Assembly (NCBI GenBank): GCA_947585595.1
Contig: CANPXB010000005.1
Location: forward strand, 7,483 to 71,482
Reading direction: 5' to 3'
Length of the DNA: 64,000 nt
Origin: an uncultured Bacilli bacterium
Lineage (GTDB): Bacteria > Bacillota_I > Bacilli_A > RF39 > UBA660
The notes beneath the pieces were generated by a model. It saw only the letters and a program-made list of their open reading frames with translations, was not told where the DNA came from and ran no database searches. Numbering within the stretch: position 1 is the first letter of the stretch; the number at the start of each line of letters is the position of its first letter. Made by a program: the position numbers and the translations under genes. Shown one piece after another: positions 9,733 to 17,974 of the stretch.

Positions 9733-10050
9733 TTGAATAATGAAAGATTTGATGCTGAAGCTGCAACTGAAGCACTAAGAGCAGCATTAGCAAATAATGA
9801 AGAATTAGTTAATAAGTTTTCAGAAGCTAATAAAAATGTTGAAGCAGCATTCACTTCTGGTGGAGAAGCTTTAAGTGGAAACTTAGGAGCTATTGCTGGT
9901 AATTTATGGACTGCAGGTTCTGGAGAATCATTTGAACATAAAGTTAAAGCTGAAACAGAAACTTTCCTTGCAGATAAAGTAAATGAGATTATTAATGAAA
10001 TGCAATCATTTACTGATACAGCAACTCAAACTTATGGTAATGGTAATTAA
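9733..10050 (+). CDS. Small WXG100-like helical protein with a relaxed W-x-x-G turn
   Basis: 105 aa, TTG start after AAAGGA. Central turn LWTAGSGESF between two predicted helices. T7SS context. Confidence 0.55.
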   Translation: MNNERFDAEAATEALRAALANNEELVNKFSEANKNVEAAFTSGGEALSGNLGAIAGNLWTAGSGESFEHKVKAETETFLADKVNEIINEMQSFTDTATQTYGNGN

Positions 10051-10053
10051 TTT

Positions 10054-10081
10054 ATATACTGCATAAATTTATGCAGTATAT
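10054..10081 (+). terminator. Perfect 12-bp palindromic hairpin (terminator or processing site)
   Basis: atatactgcata-aatt-tatgcagtatat. No clean U tract follows, so its function is uncertain. Confidence 0.35.
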
Positions 10082-10140
10082 TATAAATAAAAAATCTTGG
10101 TTTTTTATTTATAATATACTTGTAGTATAGGAGGAATAAT

Positions 10141-10437
10141 ATGGCGTATAATTTTGTTATTGATACTGATGCTTGTGAGACGTTAAAAGGTAATTTGATT
10201 GATAAAGCAGATGACCTATGTGCTAATAGAGATGCAATTACTAGTGGTATTAACAATATTGGTAATTCTTGGTCTGGTGATAACTATGAGGTTTTTAAAC
10301 GAAATTATGAATCACTTTTACCTTCTTTAGAGTCTGTTGAAGAACTAGTTAGAGCTTATGCAAATTGTGTAGAAAGTTCTATTGAATATATAGATACAGC
10401 TATTGAAGCAGTAAAAAAATACTTGGACCTTAATTAG
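10141..10437 (+). CDS. WXG100 family protein (EsxA-like T7SS substrate)
   Basis: 98 aa, TAGGAGG RBS. Canonical central motif NSWSGDNYEVF between two helices. Confidence 0.8.
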   Translation: MAYNFVIDTDACETLKGNLIDKADDLCANRDAITSGINNIGNSWSGDNYEVFKRNYESLLPSLESVEELVRAYANCVESSIEYIDTAIEAVKKYLDLN

Positions 10438-10452
10438 AGGAGGAATAATTAT

Positions 10453-10866
10453 ATGGCGGAAAAGACTTTAGAAGAAGATAAAATCTATTTTAATCTTAAT
10501 ACTTCTAACGAAAAATTAAACAAGTCACTTTCATCTTTTAAGGATAAATTTGATGCTGAAGGAATGGAAGGAAGCATTAATGAAATTGATGGATTATTTG
10601 ATGAGTTTCAAACTATATCAGATGAGGTTAATACATTAATGGAAGATAATGTAGGGACTTCACCAACTAATGGTGATGAGTCAGCTATAATGGGTGAATA
10701 TGGTGAAAAGGTCTATGGCTTATATGATGTCAATAAAGTTGCTTTTGATGATTTTGGTGAACACTTTAGTAATTATACAGCAGCATTAAATGATATTTCT
10801 AATAAAGAACAAGATTTTTCTGAAGAATCAGGACGTGTATATGGTGATGAAAACTTTATAAATTAA
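10453..10866 (+). CDS. Helical hypothetical protein; candidate targeting factor (Lap-like) for the downstream large substrate
   Basis: 137 aa, GAGGAGG RBS, acidic and helical. Its position between a WXG100 gene and a large substrate mirrors LXG-toxin operons. No motif recognised. Confidence 0.45.
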   Translation: MAEKTLEEDKIYFNLNTSNEKLNKSLSSFKDKFDAEGMEGSINEIDGLFDEFQTISDEVNTLMEDNVGTSPTNGDESAIMGEYGEKVYGLYDVNKVAFDDFGEHFSNYTAALNDISNKEQDFSEESGRVYGDENFIN

Positions 10867-10884
10867 TTTTTGGAGGTTATAGGT

Positions 10885-11136
10885 ATGTATGTAGATTATA
10901 AAAATATAAATGGTGCTTTAGAAAAAATAGATGAAGTATTAGAAAATTTGCCGAAAGCGATAGATGAACTTACTACTGACATTTTGTATTCTGACGTTTG
11001 TAATTTTAATCAAGCACGAGCTAAATTAAATAAATATGTAGAAGATTTAAAAGCATTTCGTGAAACATTAGTAAGTAATGTTAATAATATGAAAAGACTT
11101 GACAATGAGATAGAAGGTAGGAGTTGGGCGGCATGA
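10885..11136 (+). CDS. Small helical hypothetical protein; candidate targeting factor (Lap-like)
   Basis: 83 aa from ATG 10885 (GGAGG RBS). Its stop overlaps the next start in an ATGA (11133-11136), which implies translational coupling. Confidence 0.45.
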   Translation: MYVDYKNINGALEKIDEVLENLPKAIDELTTDILYSDVCNFNQARAKLNKYVEDLKAFRETLVSNVNNMKRLDNEIEGRSWAA

Positions 11137-13868
11137 CATGTTTAAAAGTTAATAAAGAAGAGCTACAGTCAATAAAGCAAGAATTATATGATATTAGACA
11201 TACTGCTTTCTTAGCTTATTATGATGATATAGCAAAATTTCAAGAGGCTGCAACTGATAAAGCAACGTCATGGGACAATTCGTATAATAAGTGGCAAAAC
11301 TTTAAAGATGAAGCTAGTAGTCAAGTTAATCTTGAAGATTATAGAAAAAAATGGCTTACAGAGCAAAATGTTGGTGAAAAATTTAACTTTCATGCAGATT
11401 ATAATTATGATGCCTATTATGCTAGAATAAATGAAATTGCTAAAGAAATGTTTGATGAGAAAGTAAAAGAATATAAAGATTTAAATTCAAAATTAAGGGA
11501 TGGGTTTTACGACTCTTATAAAAATACAATATGTAAGGTTGTTAATAATTTAGGATATGTAATAAGTGCTATAAATACATTTGAAAATAACTCCGTTAAT
11601 AATATCGATAGTTATTTATCTGAGGATTACTTAGTGAGAAATGCAGATGTTATAGCCTTTGCGGGTGAAGAATTTGTTCAAGCAGATGGTAAAAAAGTTG
11701 AGATTTCATCTTTAAAAATGAAGTCAGAAGATGGTGGCTTGCATGATATAGGTGAAGATGTTAATTGTCTTTATGCTAGAACTGTTGGAACTGCTAAAGT
11801 TGTAACTGTTGCAGCAATTGTAGCTGCTAATAGTGAAGACTTTCAAAATCTTAAGACTGACGAAGCTAGATGGGCTTATATTAATAATGTAATTGGTGAA
11901 ACAGTTGAAGCAACTGATGAAACTTTTGATGATTGGTATGATAAAGGTTATTTTGCAGCAACTACTCAAGAAGAATTTGCTGAATTATATGAAGATTTAA
12001 CTGGTATGGAATATGATCCAGATGCTGTTAATGCACATATGGATGCATATATTAATAAATTTGGTTTTGAAGATGAAGCTGATTTTGAACAATGGTTATT
12101 ATCTGGAGCAGGTTCAGTGTTAACACCATTTATGGTAAATAAGGCTTTAGAGAAAAATGGTCCTTTAACTGATGAAGAACTAGAACAAATGGGCTTACAT
12201 GATGTTGTTGAAGGAAGAGCAAAAGTAGGTATGGAAGTAACTGCTGAAGATGATGACGCATTATTAGGAGCGGCTGGTGGCTCAGGTGGTGGCGACGGAA
12301 GCGGGGTAAGCGTTAAGGTTGACGAGTTTGGTGAATCAGAATCAGAACCTGGACCACTTGATGATGTTATCGAAGAAACTGAAGCACCTGTAGATCCTGA
12401 AGTAAAAGATCCAAATGATGGTGTTATTCCTGATAATAGAACTAGTGGTGTGTTAGAAGATCCTATTCCTGATCCTCCTGGATTAGATAATAAGATGGAT
12501 AATGCGACAGCTGATCGTTTGGCTGAAGAAAGATTCTATGATCAATTTACTCCTGAACAATTAGCTGATTATAGAAATAATCAAAGAATTGAATATGAAG
12601 GATATACAATTGAAGAAGCAACTGATTTCTTTAGTGATGCAGGTTATAGTTTACCTGATGCTAAATTCTTAGCTGAAAATAAAGAACTTGGTATAACAGC
12701 ATTCTTAGCTGCTAAACAAAGCGCTGATATGGCTGATATGTCAAGACAAATTGCTCAAAGTGCTAATATGGATATGACGATGTTTGATACTAAATTTGAT
12801 GATGGAGCTTCATATCAAGATTTAGTAAATGGTAACACTAAAGCATTCTTAACTAATCCAAATAGTGATCCTAATGTTTCTAATGCTAAACAAAGTATGA
12901 CAAATGCTAAATCTAACTATGATTCAGCTGTAGATAAAGCTAATAAATCAGTTAATGAAGCTAATGAAAATAAAGAAAAATTAGATTCTGTTAAGAAAGA
13001 TATTGTTAAGAAATCAGGTAAAGATACAAGTAAATGGTCTGATGAAGATGTTGAACAATATAATGAAGCAGTTAATAAATATAACGATTCTGTAAAACAA
13101 GCTAATGAAGATGTTGCTAATGCGCAAAATGCTAAGACAGAATATGATAATTCAAAGACAGAATATGAAAATAGTAAAGAAGAATTCTATGAGAAGATAA
13201 AAGAGGAAGAAGCTTCAACCGAAACAGGAGATGGTAATAATGATTTACCAAATTCTGATGAACCAAATGGTGAAGGAACTGGTTCTTCTAATGATGCAGG
13301 TAATAGTAATCAGAATCCTTCTGAAACTCCAGGTAATGGAGGGCATGAAACACCTGAACCACCAAGTAATGGTGGAAATGATACACCTGGAAGTCCAAGT
13401 AATGGTGGACATGAATCAAGTGATACACCAAGTGGTGGAGGACAAAATGCTCCTGAAGAACCAAGTGGTGGTAATAATGAATCATCTAATAATGATGACT
13501 TAATACCTGATATTCCTAGTGGTGAAAGTGATAATAATCCTGGATCTGATGGTACTGGTTTTGGATTTAATAAATCATCAGGCGATAACAATCCTGGTAA
13601 TTATAATGATGGTAATAATGGTAATAACGGTAATAATGGAGATAATGGTTTAAGTGCTCCACCATCAAATGATGAATATGTTGGCGTTGATGATTCTGGT
13701 AGTGGCCTTGGTATAAGAGGCGATAGTGATTATAATCCAAATGAGCCTTCTACTATAAGTAATCCTGTGGATAATCCTAATTCAGAGTATATTTATATAG
13801 ATGAGTCTCAAGATGGTACAGATGATGATGAAAAACCTAGAGTATCAAATAGTGGTATAGGATTTTAA
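11133..13868 (+). CDS. Large (911 aa) candidate T7SS substrate with a helical N-terminus, coiled-coil module and low-complexity G/N/S/P tail
   Basis: ATG 11133 after GGTAGGAG. No strong TM helix and no recognised enzymatic domain. The C-terminal half is paralogous to that of the 17975..20488 product (KWSDEDVEQYNEAVNKYNDSVKQ versus KWSKEAVAEYKEAVKA). Followed by a DUF4176-like gene. Confidence 0.6.
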   Translation: MTCLKVNKEELQSIKQELYDIRHTAFLAYYDDIAKFQEAATDKATSWDNSYNKWQNFKDEASSQVNLEDYRKKWLTEQNVGEKFNFHADYNYDAYYARINEIAKEMFDEKVKEYKDLNSKLRDGFYDSYKNTICKVVNNLGYVISAINTFENNSVNNIDSYLSEDYLVRNADVIAFAGEEFVQADGKKVEISSLKMKSEDGGLHDIGEDVNCLYARTVGTAKVVTVAAIVAANSEDFQNLKTDEARWAYINNVIGETVEATDETFDDWYDKGYFAATTQEEFAELYEDLTGMEYDPDAVNAHMDAYINKFGFEDEADFEQWLLSGAGSVLTPFMVNKALEKNGPLTDEELEQMGLHDVVEGRAKVGMEVTAEDDDALLGAAGGSGGGDGSGVSVKVDEFGESESEPGPLDDVIEETEAPVDPEVKDPNDGVIPDNRTSGVLEDPIPDPPGLDNKMDNATADRLAEERFYDQFTPEQLADYRNNQRIEYEGYTIEEATDFFSDAGYSLPDAKFLAENKELGITAFLAAKQSADMADMSRQIAQSANMDMTMFDTKFDDGASYQDLVNGNTKAFLTNPNSDPNVSNAKQSMTNAKSNYDSAVDKANKSVNEANENKEKLDSVKKDIVKKSGKDTSKWSDEDVEQYNEAVNKYNDSVKQANEDVANAQNAKTEYDNSKTEYENSKEEFYEKIKEEEASTETGDGNNDLPNSDEPNGEGTGSSNDAGNSNQNPSETPGNGGHETPEPPSNGGNDTPGSPSNGGHESSDTPSGGGQNAPEEPSGGNNESSNNDDLIPDIPSGESDNNPGSDGTGFGFNKSSGDNNPGNYNDGNNGNNGNNGDNGLSAPPSNDEYVGVDDSGSGLGIRGDSDYNPNEPSTISNPVDNPNSEYIYIDESQDGTDDDEKPRVSNSGIGF
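13332..13490 (+). repeat. In-frame 33-bp tandem repeat, about 4.8 copies
   Basis: GNGGHETPEPP / SNGGNDTPGSP / SNGGHESSDTP / SGGGQNAPEEP / SGGNNESS, read from successive 33-nt units. Confidence 0.8.
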
Positions 13869-13886
13869 AGGTAAGGAGGAAATGAA

Positions 13887-14261
13887 ATGAGAGAAAAGTA
13901 TTTGCCAATTGGAACAGTAGTTTTATTAAAAGGCGGAAGAAAAAGAGCAATGATTACAGGATTCTGCTCTGTTGCTCAAGAAAACCAAGAAAAAATTTAT
14001 GATTATAGCGGATGTGTTTATCCAGAAGGATATTTAAGTTCTAATCAAGTTTGTTTATTCGATCATGATCAAATTGAAAAAATTTTCTTCCTTGGCTTTG
14101 AAGATGATGAAGAAAAAGTGTTCAAAGATAAATTAAATAAAATTGTATCTTTAATTGAACATGATAATGGTAATACAAATGTTGATTCTGCAAATGAGCA
14201 ATCTAAGAATGAGAATGCAGAAAAAATCACACCATTTGCACCTGCTTCTGAGGAAGCTTAG
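13887..14261 (+). CDS. DUF4176-like protein (T7SS-associated), copy 1
   Basis: 124 aa, AAGGAGG RBS. N-terminal signature YLPIGTVVLLKGGRKRAMITGF...YDYSGCVYPEG...FDHDQIEKIFFLGF, as I remember the DUF4176 family. Paralogous to 20515..20955 and 20973..21248. Confidence 0.7.
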   Translation: MREKYLPIGTVVLLKGGRKRAMITGFCSVAQENQEKIYDYSGCVYPEGYLSSNQVCLFDHDQIEKIFFLGFEDDEEKVFKDKLNKIVSLIEHDNGNTNVDSANEQSKNENAEKITPFAPASEEA

Positions 14262-14267
14262 TAAAAA

Positions 14268-14290
14268 AGAAAGGCTTTTGCCTTTTTTTT
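14268..14290 (+). terminator. Intrinsic terminator
   Basis: aaaggc-tttt-gccttt followed by a long T run. Confidence 0.7.
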
Positions 14291-14311
14291 ACGTTTTTGA
14301 AAAAACTTATA

Positions 14312-14340
14312 TTGATTAATTTACATAATTCTTATATAAT
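14312..14340 (+). promoter_or_regulatory. Candidate sigma-A promoter for the second esx-like operon
   Basis: TTGATT (14312-14317), 17-nt spacer, TATAAT (14335-14340). About 110 nt of 5' UTR precede ATG 14452. Confidence 0.45.
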
Positions 14341-14451
14341 TAATGGTATAAGGATATGATGAGTAAGCTAGGGGTGTTTGGTTATAGGTCAAGCATTATA
14401 TTCTTAAAATTACTTGACTATATTCTTATAAAATATTATGGAGGTGGAAAT

Positions 14452-14751
14452 ATGTCAAATGGTTTAGCAATTGATACTGAATTAGTAAATGCTTCAGGTA
14501 GTGGAATTAATACTAGTGGTACTAATTTTCAAGAAGAGGTAAAAAGTTTTAAATCTCATGTATCAACAATTTTAGGTATTTGGTCTGGACCAGATGCTGA
14601 TGAATTTGCAAAAGCAGCTGACGAAGTTGGAAATTTACTTGATAAAGCATCTGTTACAGTTCAAGAGGTAGGTACTCATTTAGTTAAAACTGCAGATGCA
14701 ATGGATGCTACAGTAGAAGAAAACACAAGTAGAATACGTGGCGCAATGTAG
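14452..14751 (+). CDS. WXG100 family protein (EsxA-like)
   Basis: 99 aa from ATG 14452 (GGAGGTGG RBS). The tracked 14356 start adds an unlikely hydrophobic extension. Canonical motif GIWSGPDADEF. Confidence 0.8.
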   Translation: MSNGLAIDTELVNASGSGINTSGTNFQEEVKSFKSHVSTILGIWSGPDADEFAKAADEVGNLLDKASVTVQEVGTHLVKTADAMDATVEENTSRIRGAM

Positions 14752-14768
14752 GAAAGGAATGATAAATA

Positions 14769-15071
14769 ATGGCAGTAGATAAAGTAAATTATGGAAGTTA
14801 CAATAGTGAACATTCTGCTATAAATACATGTATTGGAAATATTGATAGCGAATTAGCTAGTGCTAATAAATATTTACAAGAAGCAACAAATGATGCTTCT
14901 GGTAATTGGGCTAGTACTGATATTGATGATTGGAATAAAATTTATTCTGATATAAATACTAAATTTGCTACACTTCAAAGATTAATGGAAGCTTCAGGTG
15001 TTTCAGTTGAAACTACTGAGACTACTGAAAATGCATATAGTGGATTTGGTTCAGTAGGTTCTGGAAATTAA
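14769..15071 (+). CDS. WXG100-partner-like small helical protein (EsxB-like)
   Basis: 100 aa, GGAAAGGA RBS. Central turn SGNWASTDIDDW. Immediately follows a canonical WXG100 gene. Confidence 0.55.
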   Translation: MAVDKVNYGSYNSEHSAINTCIGNIDSELASANKYLQEATNDASGNWASTDIDDWNKIYSDINTKFATLQRLMEASGVSVETTETTENAYSGFGSVGSGN

Positions 15072-15081
15072 TTAAAAAAAT

Positions 15082-15136
15082 ATGTACTACATAAGTAGTA
15101 CATTGTAAGTTGCTAAGCTTTAGCAATTTACAATGT
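15082..15136 (+). terminator. Two overlapping strong hairpins after the esx pair (terminator, attenuator or stabiliser)
   Basis: Hairpin 1: atgtactac-ataa-gtagtacat (15082-15103). Hairpin 2 has a 16-bp stem, acattgtaagttgcta / tagcaatttacaatgt (15100-15136). They share the 4 nt ACAT. Only a weak U tract follows. Confidence 0.5.
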
Positions 15137-15170
15137 ATTATTTGGATAAATACAGAAAGATGGTGTGATT

Positions 15171-16535
15171 ATGGCTGGATGGGATTTTACTGCGGATAGT
15201 AGCTTACAACTTGAACTTTCCGGTAGATTAAACAAAGGTGCTGATAATTTTGATACTAAGATAGGTGAGTTATATGGCCAAATTGACTCATTAGGTGCTC
15301 ATTGGGTTGGTGAAGATTATGATGCTTATAAAACTGGAGCTGATGGATACAAGACTGCGCTTCAGGATTTATCTGATGGCATTAGAATGTTTGGTAAACA
15401 TTTTGAAAATCTTTCTACAGGCACAGAAGGTTTAGCTGGTGAGTTGGCAAATCTTATTTTAAATGCTACTGGTAGTGGCGGTGCTGGTGGAACTGGTACC
15501 CAAAGTGGAACTGGAAGTCCAAGTGGAACGGGCTCACAAGCTGGTGACACTAACACTGGAGGAACTGGTACGCAAACTGGTAATGGAGATCAAAACACTG
15601 GTGGCGATGGAAGTCAAACTGGTAATGGAGATCAAAGCACTGGTGGAGACGGAAGCCAAACTGGTAATGGAAATCAAAGCACTGGTGGAGATGGAAGCCA
15701 AAATACTGGCGGAACTAATGATCATGGTAATACAGGTGGCAATGAAGGTACGGTTACTTCGACAACATATAAAAGTGGCGATATGATTGAAATTAATGGT
15801 GAGGGATACTCTTATTATGGAAGTGTAAGAAAACCTAATAATGAATTAGTTGATCTTGTCACTAAGTATAATCCAGATACTCAAAAAAATGAATTATATT
15901 ATCGCAATGCTGATGGAAGTGTTACACGTGCTAAAGCTAGTACTGTTAATGGAAACGGACAAACAGTAACATATGATGCTACTGTTGGAGATATAGGAGC
16001 TTCAAGAACAATAAATGCTCATGGATATAATGTTGATGTCGGAGTTAATGTTGATATTGATGGTATATTAATTACTAGTGGTAATAAGGATAAATTAATT
16101 GCTTCATCAGTTACATATAGTGGTGTTGAAGGATTACCAACTAATACTGGTGTATCTGGTGGTCCATCTCATAACTCTCAAGTTACATATACTTCTGACG
16201 GATCAACGTTAGATTCATTTACTTCAGGCTATGATGGTGGAACAGTTAATGGTTATACTTTAGTTAAAGCAACTGGATTACAATATATAACTAGTAATGC
16301 TAAAGAGGGTGTTGTTATCCAAATCCCACAAGGAACTGATTTACAGTGGGATCCAGCTTGGAATGTTAATGGTTATGATTTTGATACTAAAAATAATCCA
16401 ATTTATTTAAGCTGGGATTCAACAGCTGCTTCTGGAAAAGGTGCTTTCCATATTGTAGATGAATATGGTAATGTTATAAACAATAAAGATTTTACATTGG
16501 ATGGATTTAACAATGATGCTGGTCACTGGAAATAA
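15171..16535 (+). CDS. Candidate T7SS effector: N-terminal WXG100/LXG-like helical domain, Gly-rich repeat linker, unknown beta-rich C-terminal domain
   Basis: 454 aa from ATG 15171. N-terminal motif GAHWVGEDYDAYKTG. The linker is GGAGGTGTQSGTGS... with 14-aa repeats. The ~270-aa C-terminal region has no recognised family. Confidence 0.6.
   Translation: MAGWDFTADSSLQLELSGRLNKGADNFDTKIGELYGQIDSLGAHWVGEDYDAYKTGADGYKTALQDLSDGIRMFGKHFENLSTGTEGLAGELANLILNATGSGGAGGTGTQSGTGSPSGTGSQAGDTNTGGTGTQTGNGDQNTGGDGSQTGNGDQSTGGDGSQTGNGNQSTGGDGSQNTGGTNDHGNTGGNEGTVTSTTYKSGDMIEINGEGYSYYGSVRKPNNELVDLVTKYNPDTQKNELYYRNADGSVTRAKASTVNGNGQTVTYDATVGDIGASRTINAHGYNVDVGVNVDIDGILITSGNKDKLIASSVTYSGVEGLPTNTGVSGGPSHNSQVTYTSDGSTLDSFTSGYDGGTVNGYTLVKATGLQYITSNAKEGVVIQIPQGTDLQWDPAWNVNGYDFDTKNNPIYLSWDSTAASGKGAFHIVDEYGNVINNKDFTLDGFNNDAGHWK
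15573..15698 (+). repeat. In-frame 42-bp tandem repeat, 3 copies plus a partial
   Basis: Units start at 15573, 15615 and 15657 (caaactggtaatgga[g/a]atcaaa[a/g]cactggtgg...ggaag[t/c]). They encode QTGNGDQxTGGDGS. Confidence 0.85.
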
Positions 16536-16554
16536 AATTGTGTGAGGTGTTAAT

Positions 16555-17499
16555 ATGGCAGAAAGAAAATTCGATTATACAGAAGTCGGTGATATTTATA
16601 ATCAAATGTTAAGAATCACTGGCGACTCAGGAAGTGCTGATTCTATAGCAGGTATTTTACATAATTTAGATGAAGATATGAAAGCTAATGTTAATGTTAG
16701 TGAAATGGCTATATATGGTAGCTTAGCAAATCAATTATTACTTGATTGGGAGAATTCTTCTTCTAATTTTCCAAGTTATGTTGCTAAGTTTGGAAATTGG
16801 GCAACTGTAATTGCTCAAAGTGCAGGAGATTATAGTGAATTTGAAAAAGCAATAGCTGGCTTTAAAGACGAAAAAGATGGTGCTTATCTCGGTGCTGCTA
16901 GTGGTGGAATACATGATAATTATATAAATACTTCTTATTATAACCAATATCAGGTAGAAAATTATCAAAGTTTTCTTGCTGATGTTAATAATATGCGTCC
17001 TTTATATCAGTTGACTGGTGCAACTTATGCTACCACTGATTCAGAAAGTATTTTAAACAGACATAAAATAGCGACTTATGTTGTTGGAGGATTAGATATA
17101 TTAGGATTACTTTGGACAGGTATGGCAGGATATGGCCTTGCTGGTGCAACACCAGCTGCTGGTACGGATTTAGTACCTGTAAATCATACTCCTACTGGAC
17201 CAACAGGAACAACTGGAGCTCCTCAATTAACTGGTGGTAATACACCTTTATTACCAGGTAGTTCTTATGGTGCACCAATTAAAGATTTTTCTACAAGAGT
17301 AGCTCTTACTCAAGGACGTAATGAGTTTGAAAATGAAGTATTAAGATTAACTCTTGATGCTGCTAATAGAGCAGAGCAGGCTGGTGCAACTTTTGCAAGT
17401 ATGGATCAAAGTGCTCCAAATATTATTAAGTTCTTTAATGCTTTAGGAAAAGCTGTTGGTCAATTTAATGGAGCAACAGGAATATATACACCACTATAA
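16555..17499 (+). CDS. Hypothetical protein with a helical WXG/LXG-like N-terminus, one central TM segment and an unknown C-terminal region
   Basis: 314 aa, GAGGTG RBS. N-terminal helical region with LLLDWENSSSNF. Hydrophobic segment YVVGGLDILGLLWTGMAGYGLAG. Pro/Thr/Gly linker. No recognised domain. Confidence 0.5.
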   Translation: MAERKFDYTEVGDIYNQMLRITGDSGSADSIAGILHNLDEDMKANVNVSEMAIYGSLANQLLLDWENSSSNFPSYVAKFGNWATVIAQSAGDYSEFEKAIAGFKDEKDGAYLGAASGGIHDNYINTSYYNQYQVENYQSFLADVNNMRPLYQLTGATYATTDSESILNRHKIATYVVGGLDILGLLWTGMAGYGLAGATPAAGTDLVPVNHTPTGPTGTTGAPQLTGGNTPLLPGSSYGAPIKDFSTRVALTQGRNEFENEVLRLTLDAANRAEQAGATFASMDQSAPNIIKFFNALGKAVGQFNGATGIYTPL

Positions 17500-17543
17500 T
17501 ATGATGTATAGTTTGATATATAATCTGAAAGGAGAGATTTATT

Positions 17544-17954
17544 ATGGCTACTGCTACTAGAACAAGTGGAAATACCAAAGAAACAGCAAATTATGATGTT
17601 GATCCTTCTGGTTTTGGTTATACTATTATAAATGATGGTATAAGAGAAGAATTTGAATTTTTAACTAATGAATTGCCAACAAAATTAGATGAGGTCATGA
17701 CAGAAATTAATAATGCTGCGGCTATTGATACGGCGTTTGAATTTAATGATGTTAAGGATTTGTCTGTTGCGAGGGATGAATTACAAACAGATATAAATAA
17801 TTTAAAAACTGAATTATCTAATTTGTATTCGGCTTTTATGACTGATATTGATAATATTAATTATGAATTAGAATACAATTTTGGTTGGGTTATTATTGGT
17901 GAAGTTAAAGGTAAAACTGTTACTGAAACAGTTGCGGAACCAAATGATAATTAG
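17544..17954 (+). CDS. Small helical hypothetical protein (T7SS accessory or substrate candidate)
   Basis: 136 aa, AAAGGAGAG RBS, acidic and helical. No motif recognised. Confidence 0.45.
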   Translation: MATATRTSGNTKETANYDVDPSGFGYTIINDGIREEFEFLTNELPTKLDEVMTEINNAAAIDTAFEFNDVKDLSVARDELQTDINNLKTELSNLYSAFMTDIDNINYELEYNFGWVIIGEVKGKTVTETVAEPNDN

Positions 17955-17974
17955 TTGAGATAGGAGAAGATGTT

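Noticed and set aside
11133-11700. Calling the 911-aa protein an LXG-domain toxin.
   Set aside because: The operon layout is LXG-like, but I cannot identify the LXG motif or any toxin domain by eye. It was left as a candidate substrate pending an HMM search.
13231-15786. Alternative-frame ORFs in the repeat regions (13231..13503, 13288..13485, 13310..13591, 15362..15556, 15463..15786, 15534..15725).
   Set aside because: They are artefacts of low-complexity, repeat-rich coding sequence that stays open in several frames. The main frames carry the RBSs and conserved N-terminal motifs.
10047-16968. Minus-strand ORFs 10047..10256, 11724..11969 and 16738..16968 inside or between T7SS genes.
   Set aside because: They are antisense to well-supported plus-strand genes, have no RBS, and their Ile/Leu/Ser/Phe-rich translations are typical of AT-rich antisense frames.
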